From contig NC_010085.1 in the NCBI RefSeq assembly GCF_000018465.1, positions 210,001 through 242,000 on the forward strand: 32,000 nucleotides of DNA, read 5' to 3'. Within the stretch, counting starts at the first letter, position 1, and every line of letters begins with the position of its first letter. Positions 26,068 through 32,000 of the stretch are shown here, piece by piece. The position numbers were made by a program, and so were the translations under genes. Source of the DNA: Nitrosopumilus maritimus SCM1. GTDB taxonomy: Archaea > Thermoproteota > Nitrososphaeria > Nitrososphaerales > Nitrosopumilaceae. Under the pieces are notes generated by a model that was given only the letters and a program-made list of their open reading frames with translations, was not told the origin of the DNA and searched no databases.

Positions 26068-26874
26068 TTATTCGTTCATTTGTGACATTATTTCATCAAG
26101 AATTTTCTGATTTGCAGCTGCAATAAAAGAAACTCTTGTGTCATAGCTTAGATCCGCATCTAGTGGATTCAAATTTGCATCCAGTAATAATCCTCCAGCT
26201 TCTTTGACAATCAAATAACCTGCTGCAATATCTTGAATTCTAATTTTATCCCGTAAATCGATGAAAATATCCATTAATCCTCTTGCAAATAATGCCATTT
26301 CGAGCGCGTTAGCACCAAAATGTCTTGTATGATTATGATTTTCAAATATTGGATGAAGTTTCTTCATTAATTCAGTTGATGCACCTGATGTGTTAATCCC
26401 AACAATTTTGTAAATTGGATCTTTGTTATGTACTTTCATTTGTTCTTGATTGAAATACGAACCCTTGTCTTTTGATGCCCAATACATTTCACCATTATGT
26501 AGATTCGTGATAACTCCATCAGTGATGGAGCTAAGTTTGTTTTCTGTTGCAAAAGCTAATGAACTACAAAAGAAAGGGACTCCTCTCACTGCATTTGCAG
26601 AACCGTCAATTGCATCCATAATTACATAACCTTTTGGTTCTTTTGATAATTCAACTCTACCACATTCTTCACCTAAAACTACGCATGGAAAATTAATTTC
26701 TTTTAAAAAATCTAGAACCGTTTTTTCTGCAATAATGTCTATGTTTCTTGAAATATCTCCACCTGCACCTCTTCCAAAATCCCCTGCAGCATGTTCAGTT
26801 CCTGCAAGATCTTTTACATTTTCGTAAATCTTGTTTGAAACTTCACGAAGAATTTCGATAACTTCCACAAACAA
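26068..26874 (-). CDS. Inositol monophosphatase / archaeal fructose-1,6-bisphosphatase family protein
   Basis: GEECGRVEL, YVIMDAIDGSANAVRGVPFFCSSLA, GYLIVKEAGG. Confidence 0.85.
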   Translation of the reverse strand: MFVEVIEILREVSNKIYENVKDLAGTEHAAGDFGRGAGGDISRNIDIIAEKTVLDFLKEINFPCVVLGEECGRVELSKEPKGYVIMDAIDGSANAVRGVPFFCSSLAFATENKLSSITDGVITNLHNGEMYWASKDKGSYFNQEQMKVHNKDPIYKIVGINTSGASTELMKKLHPIFENHNHTRHFGANALEMALFARGLMDIFIDLRDKIRIQDIAAGYLIVKEAGGLLLDANLNPLDADLSYDTRVSFIAAANQKILDEIMSQMNE

Positions 26875-26950
26875 TATTTTTTGCTTCGTAATTTAAGTGA
26901 AGAAAATATTTGTTTTGAAAGCATAAATAACAACACATTGAATTTTGAAT

Positions 26951-28072
26951 GTGAGCGGAAAAGATGAATCAATTTTTAGTAAAAGTGCTTTAATGGGAAC
27001 AAAACCTGGAAAACAAATCATCAAACAAGGTTTATTCAAATCCAAAGGATTCAAATTATTTAATCAATATAAGCAAGAGGCCGAAGATGGATTCACTCCA
27101 TTTGCTCAAAGATTTGCAAAAAATCTCTTTGAACAAATTAATGCTGATCAATCTCCAAATACCACACAACAACAATTTGCTGAAGAAGTAGGTTCTACTG
27201 AAATTATTTTGAATGCATCTGAAATTGAGCCTATCAAATCTAAATTACAAGATTTTGACACCTTACATGATAGAGTACTTAGAATTTTAAATTCTAATTT
27301 TGTCAAAATGACATTTCCTGTTTTTAATGGTCTTTTTGACGCATCTACAGATTATTTCAAAGATGATAAAAACACTACAATGAGAGAAGATATTGTTGAT
27401 GGTCACATTATTGCAATTGATCTTAGTGAACCAATGGATAGAATTGTAGATAAAGATGAAGACTTGGAATACTTGGATGATTACAAATTGATGAATCCAT
27501 ATATTTTGAAACTTGCAAGAGAAAAAATTTCAAAAGGTGGCGAAGATGTACTCAAAGAATTTGAAGAGGGTTTTAAACAAGCAAGAATTGGACAATATCT
27601 TGATACAAAATTAAAAGAAAAACCTACTGAAATTACTGAAGAAGAATTAATTGAAAGTTACAAAAAATATCGTTCTGTTATGGGAACTGCCGGTAGAAAT
27701 ATGGCTTTAAATCGAGCACCTTTAGCTGATATTTTTTACACGGGAATGGCAAAAGCTGCTGAATCTGTAGGATGTGGAAATGAAATTGAAGATAGTATTA
27801 GGGATAAAGCTGCAAAAATTCCTTCTTGGCCATTATTTTATTCATTGAAAATGAATGATGCAAAACGTGGATTTGAAGAAACAATGAAACATAGTGAATC
27901 TTATTTGAGAGAAGCAAGAGATGCTCTAGAAAAATTACCTGATAATTTTTCACATACTAAATTTTTAGAATTCCTATTTCTTACTGTAGAACATTATAAT
28001 CAATTTTGGTATAAGAAATTACAAGAAGAAAACATTTGGTCAGATTTGAACAAAAATCTTCCAAGAAAGTGA
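26951..28072 (+). CDS. Hypothetical protein, about 373 aa, predicted mostly helical, upstream of rfcL
   Basis: Long ORF with coding character, 8 nt from the rfcL start; no motif recognised. Confidence 0.8.
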   Translation: MSGKDESIFSKSALMGTKPGKQIIKQGLFKSKGFKLFNQYKQEAEDGFTPFAQRFAKNLFEQINADQSPNTTQQQFAEEVGSTEIILNASEIEPIKSKLQDFDTLHDRVLRILNSNFVKMTFPVFNGLFDASTDYFKDDKNTTMREDIVDGHIIAIDLSEPMDRIVDKDEDLEYLDDYKLMNPYILKLAREKISKGGEDVLKEFEEGFKQARIGQYLDTKLKEKPTEITEEELIESYKKYRSVMGTAGRNMALNRAPLADIFYTGMAKAAESVGCGNEIEDSIRDKAAKIPSWPLFYSLKMNDAKRGFEETMKHSESYLREARDALEKLPDNFSHTKFLEFLFLTVEHYNQFWYKKLQEENIWSDLNKNLPRK

Positions 28073-28080
28073 TAAAATTG

Positions 28081-29238
28081 ATGTGGTCTGAAAAATATCG
28101 ACCTCAGATTATTTCTGACATGGTTGGAAACGAAGAGTCTCGTGCAGCAATCATGGAATGGTTTGCCAAATGGAAAAAAGGCACAAAACCTCTACTCTTG
28201 GCTGGCCCTCCTGGAATAGGAAAAACCACTATGGCATTTCTTGTTGCCAAACAATTTGGCTACGATATGATTGGACTTAATGCAAGTGATGTTAGAAGTA
28301 AATCACGAATTAATGAAATTCTTACTCCTGTATTAGGAAATGTAAGCGTTCTTGGAACTCCAATGATATTTGTTGATGAAGTAGATGGAATTCATGGTCG
28401 TGGAGACTATGGCGGGGTTGCAGCACTTGTTGATATTCTAAAAGAACCAACTGTTCCAATTATTCTTGCTGCAAATGATGACACTTCTGATAAAATGAAA
28501 AATATCAAAAAAGTTGTTAAAACAATTTCTTTCAAAAAAATTCCTCCACGTCTTCTTCGAGTTTATTTAGAAAATATTTTGAAAAAAGAAAGTGCTAAAC
28601 TTAGTCCTGGTTCATTAATCAAAGTAATCGACAAATCTAGAGGCGACATACGTTCAATGATCAATTTAACACAATCCATGGTTACAGGATTTAATCCCCA
28701 AACAGAAACAACATTTGAAAATATTGATGTTGAAGATGGAGTTAATGCATTTTTCAAATCAAAATCTGTTGATGAAGCTAGAGGTGTTTTATATTCTATG
28801 CAAATTGATCCTAGAGAAAAAATTAATGCATTTTATTCTAGCATTGTTATGAGTAGTTTAGATCCTGAAACTCTTGCAAAATATTTGGAAATAATTTCTG
28901 AAGCTGATATGTTATATGGAAAAATTGTTAGAACGCAAAATTGGAGATTACTCAGATATCTTAACGACATTTTGATCAAACTTTATCATGATGATGATAG
29001 GGTTAGATATGCACAATACAATCTTTCGTGGCCTTTACTTAATAGAATTCGTTGGGATGGTTCAAAAATAAAATCACTTTCATCTGTTATGGCAAAAAAA
29101 TTACATTTGTCATCTAGTGCATTTGTTACATTTGGATTGCCTTTTGTTTTATTTTGTATAAAAAATAATGCGTTGGAACTGGAACTAGAAGAAACGTTTG
29201 GTGATATTATTGAAAAGGAGATTGAATTGATACAATGA
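28081..29238 (+). CDS. rfcL: Replication factor C large subunit
   Basis: MWSEKYRPQIISDMVGNEESRAAI, AGPPGIGKTT, FVDEVDGIHG; ATG at 28081 preferred over the track start. Confidence 0.93.
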   Translation: MWSEKYRPQIISDMVGNEESRAAIMEWFAKWKKGTKPLLLAGPPGIGKTTMAFLVAKQFGYDMIGLNASDVRSKSRINEILTPVLGNVSVLGTPMIFVDEVDGIHGRGDYGGVAALVDILKEPTVPIILAANDDTSDKMKNIKKVVKTISFKKIPPRLLRVYLENILKKESAKLSPGSLIKVIDKSRGDIRSMINLTQSMVTGFNPQTETTFENIDVEDGVNAFFKSKSVDEARGVLYSMQIDPREKINAFYSSIVMSSLDPETLAKYLEIISEADMLYGKIVRTQNWRLLRYLNDILIKLYHDDDRVRYAQYNLSWPLLNRIRWDGSKIKSLSSVMAKKLHLSSSAFVTFGLPFVLFCIKNNALELELEETFGDIIEKEIELIQ

Positions 29239-29546
29239 GTTGGAGAAAAATACCAATGAAGTTCCCAGGAACTTGTATTGTATGTAATGAAAAAATTGAG
29301 ATCAATGAAATCGGTCTTTGGGCTAAAGGACTAGGAGTAAAACATGAAAAATGTGCTGAAATCAATGAATTACAGTGTATAGTATGTGGTGGTCCTGCAG
29401 GATGTCAACAGTGTGAGTTTCAGGAAATCTGTGATATTGCAAATGTATCTCAATTTTGTATGTGTAAGAATTGCAGTGAGCAAAAAACCCCCTTTGACTC
29501 CTACCAGAAAACAACCAACAAAAAATTCCCAATTATTAACTCATAA
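29235..29546 (+). CDS. Small Cys-rich putative zinc-binding protein
   Basis: CIVC, CIVCGG, CQQC, CMCKNC motifs in 103 aa; ATGA overlap with rfcL. Confidence 0.75.
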   Translation: MSWRKIPMKFPGTCIVCNEKIEINEIGLWAKGLGVKHEKCAEINELQCIVCGGPAGCQQCEFQEICDIANVSQFCMCKNCSEQKTPFDSYQKTTNKKFPIINS

Positions 29547-29652
29547 TTTTACAATTTTTTTTCAAACTTGTCTGTTATTTTCTAAATTTTTTTAAAATAA
29601 ATTTCTGTAAACTAAATTAATATAGGAAATCGTTTTGGACTAGATCACTATC

Positions 29653-31200
29653 ATGCATTCTGAAAAACTCGAAAATTATAACAACAAACACAAAACTTCT
29701 CAACAAGGCGGTGGTCAGGATAGGATCAAAGCCCAGCATGATAAAGGCAAATTAACTGCCCGAGAAAGAATCGATCTTCTATTAGATGAGGGTAGTTTTA
29801 CCGAAATCGACCCAATGGTAACTCATCATTATCATGAATATGATATGCAGAAAAAGAAGTTCTTTACTGATGGTGTAGTTGGTGGTTATGGAAATGTCAA
29901 CGGTAGACAAATCTTCGTATTTGCTTATGATTTCACTGTTCTTGGTGGAACTCTAAGTCAAATGGGTGCCAAAAAAATTACTAAATTAATGGATCATGCA
30001 GTTAGAACTGGATGTCCAGTTATCGGAATCATGGATTCTGGTGGTGCAAGAATTCAAGAAGGAATAATGAGTCTTGATGGATTTGCAGATATTTTTTATC
30101 ATAATCAATTAGCTTCAGGAGTTGTTCCTCAAATTACAGCAAGTATTGGTCCTTCTGCAGGTGGCTCAGTGTATTCACCAGCTATGACAGACTTTGTCGT
30201 AATGGTGGAAAAGGCAGGATCAATGTTTGTTACTGGTCCTGATGTTGTAAAGACAGTTTTGGGTGAAGAAATTTCAATGGATGATCTTGGTGGAGCTATG
30301 ACACATGGTTCAAAAAGTGGAGTTGCACATTTTGTTGCACAAAACGAATACGAATGTATGGATTACATCAAAAAATTAATCTCTTACATACCACAAAATA
30401 ATTCTGAAGAACCACCAAAAATAAAAACCGATGATGATCCAAACAGATTAGATAATAATCTCATTAATGTTATCCCAGAAAATCCATTACAACCTTATGA
30501 TATGAAAGAAATTATCAATTCTATTGTAGATAATCATGAGTTCTTTGAAGTTCATGAATTATTTGCACCAAATATTGTCGTAGGTTATGCTAGAATGGAT
30601 GGTCAAGTAGTTGGAATAATTGCAAACAATCCAATGCATTTAGCAGGAGCACTTGACATTGATTCATCAAATAAATCTGCACGTTTCATTAGATTCTGTG
30701 ATGCATTTAACATTCCCATTATCACTTTAGTAGATACACCAGGTTACATGCCAGGTTCTAATCAAGAACACAACGGTATCATTAGACATGGTAGTAAATT
30801 GCTCTATGCATACTGTGAAGCAACCGTTCCAAGAATTACACTTGTAATTGGAAAGGCATATGGTGGCGCATACATTGCAATGGGAAGTAAGAACCTTCGA
30901 ACTGACATTAATTATGCATGGCCAACTGCACGTTGTGCTGTACTAGGTGGTGAAGCTGCTGTAAAAATCATGAACAGAAAAGATTTGGCAGACGCAGATA
31001 ATCCTGAAGAACTTAAGAAGAAATTGATTGATGAGTTTACAGAAAAATTCGAAAACCCATACGTTGCAGCATCACACGGAACAGTTGATAATGTAATTGA
31101 TCCCGCAGAAACAAGACCTATGTTGATTAAAGCCCTCAAAATGCTTGCAAACAAAAGAGAAAAACAACTTCCTAGAAAACATGGAAATATCAATTTGTGA
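29653..31200 (+). CDS. pccB: Acetyl-/propionyl-CoA carboxylase, carboxyltransferase (beta) subunit
   Basis: GKLTARERIDLLLDEGSF, MDSGGARIQEG, GPSAGGSVYSPA, VDTPGYMPGSNQEHNGIIRHG, GKAYGGAYIAMGSK. Confidence 0.95.
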   Translation: MHSEKLENYNNKHKTSQQGGGQDRIKAQHDKGKLTARERIDLLLDEGSFTEIDPMVTHHYHEYDMQKKKFFTDGVVGGYGNVNGRQIFVFAYDFTVLGGTLSQMGAKKITKLMDHAVRTGCPVIGIMDSGGARIQEGIMSLDGFADIFYHNQLASGVVPQITASIGPSAGGSVYSPAMTDFVVMVEKAGSMFVTGPDVVKTVLGEEISMDDLGGAMTHGSKSGVAHFVAQNEYECMDYIKKLISYIPQNNSEEPPKIKTDDDPNRLDNNLINVIPENPLQPYDMKEIINSIVDNHEFFEVHELFAPNIVVGYARMDGQVVGIIANNPMHLAGALDIDSSNKSARFIRFCDAFNIPIITLVDTPGYMPGSNQEHNGIIRHGSKLLYAYCEATVPRITLVIGKAYGGAYIAMGSKNLRTDINYAWPTARCAVLGGEAAVKIMNRKDLADADNPEELKKKLIDEFTEKFENPYVAASHGTVDNVIDPAETRPMLIKALKMLANKREKQLPRKHGNINL

Positions 31201-31205
31201 TTAAA

Positions 31206-32000
31206 ATGATTGAGAAAGTACTTATTGCAAACAGAGGAGAAATTGCTCTCAGAGTAATTAGAACATGTAATGCATTAGGTATCAAGACTGTTGCAGTATA
31301 CTCTGATGAGGATTACAATTCTTTACATGTAAAGAAAGCTGATGAATCTTATCACATTGGGGAAGCAGCTCCTGCAAAATCTTATCTTAATCAAGAAAAA
31401 ATTCTTGAAGTGATGCTGTCATCTGGTGCAGATGCTGTACATCCAGGTTATGGTTTCCTTTCTGAAAATGATGACTTTGCAAGATTATGTGAAAAAAATA
31501 AAATTAATTTCATTGGTCCATCTGCTGACTCCATGAATCTATGTGGTGATAAGATGGAATGTAAAGCAGCAATGTTAAAAGCTCAAGTTCCAACAGTACC
31601 TGGAAGTCCAGGATTAGTAGATACCGCAGAAGAAGCAGAAAAAATTGCAAATGAAATTGGTTATCCTGTACTCTTGAAATCAGTTTATGGTGGTGGAGGT
31701 CGTGGAATCAGATTAGTTACCACTGATCAAGAACTACGAGAAGGTTTTGAAACAGTAACTTCTGAATCTATTGCTGCTGTAGGAAAATCTGCAATCATTG
31801 TTGAAAAATTCCTAGAAAAAACAAGACACATTGAATATCAAATGTGTAGAGATCATCATGGTAATGCTGTACACCTCTTTGAGAGAGAATGTTCTATTCA
31901 AAGAAGAAATCAAAAACTAATTGAACAAACTCCTTCCCCTGTTGTAGATGAAGCAAAACGAGAAGAGATTGGTGAATTAGTTGTTAAAGCAGCAGAAGCT
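31206..32000 (+). CDS. accC: Acyl-CoA carboxylase biotin carboxylase subunit, truncated by window end
   Basis: Translated by hand: MIEKVLIANRGEIALRVIRTCNALGIKTVAVYSDEDYNSLHV...VHPGYGFLSEN...YGGGGRGIRL...FERECSIQRRNQKLIEQTPSP. Absent from the ORF track. Confidence 0.95.
   Translation, partial: MIEKVLIANRGEIALRVIRTCNALGIKTVAVYSDEDYNSLHVKKADESYHIGEAAPAKSYLNQEKILEVMLSSGADAVHPGYGFLSENDDFARLCEKNKINFIGPSADSMNLCGDKMECKAAMLKAQVPTVPGSPGLVDTAEEAEKIANEIGYPVLLKSVYGGGGRGIRLVTTDQELREGFETVTSESIAAVGKSAIIVEKFLEKTRHIEYQMCRDHHGNAVHLFERECSIQRRNQKLIEQTPSPVVDEAKREEIGELVVKAAEA

Noticed and set aside
1-32000. CRISPR arrays, toxin-antitoxin, restriction or prophage content
   Set aside because: No regularly spaced repeats, integrase, methylase or phage-like genes were seen on reading; the window looks like core chromosome.

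Overview
This window looks like a compact, AT-rich chromosomal segment of an ammonia-oxidizing archaeon (Nitrososphaeria/Thaumarchaeota, Nitrosopumilus-like); that assignment is my inference from gene content. It holds about 31 supportable protein genes and four tRNA genes. Main blocks are: replication/repair (RfcS; GINS-MCM-Hel308; RfcL); a GT4 glycosyltransferase; a tight IlvE / Gfo-Idh / Trm112-like / left-handed beta-helix acyltransferase operon; a signalling locus (membrane-anchored PhnD-like binding protein, sensor histidine kinase, stand-alone receiver); two ferredoxin-NADP-reductase-like paralogs; Alba; a methylisocitrate-lyase-family enzyme; a PadR regulator divergent from sdhACDB; argH; a GluTR-like gene; and the acyl-CoA carboxylase genes. 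I saw no mobile element, CRISPR array or defence island. The best second-look items are: (1) a GluTR homolog that has lost the catalytic Cys (TCNR is TASR), has other altered motifs and lacks most of the C-terminal dimerisation domain; (2) eight GATC sites, several inside palindromes, in 97 bp upstream of GINS-MCM; (3) the binding-protein/kinase/receiver locus; (4) a perfect 24-bp double palindrome between TATA-like box and start of padR, next to sdh; (5) uncharacterised proteins flanking RfcL. A 55-aa DUF1059-like gene and the 5' part of biotin carboxylase are absent from the supplied ORF track.
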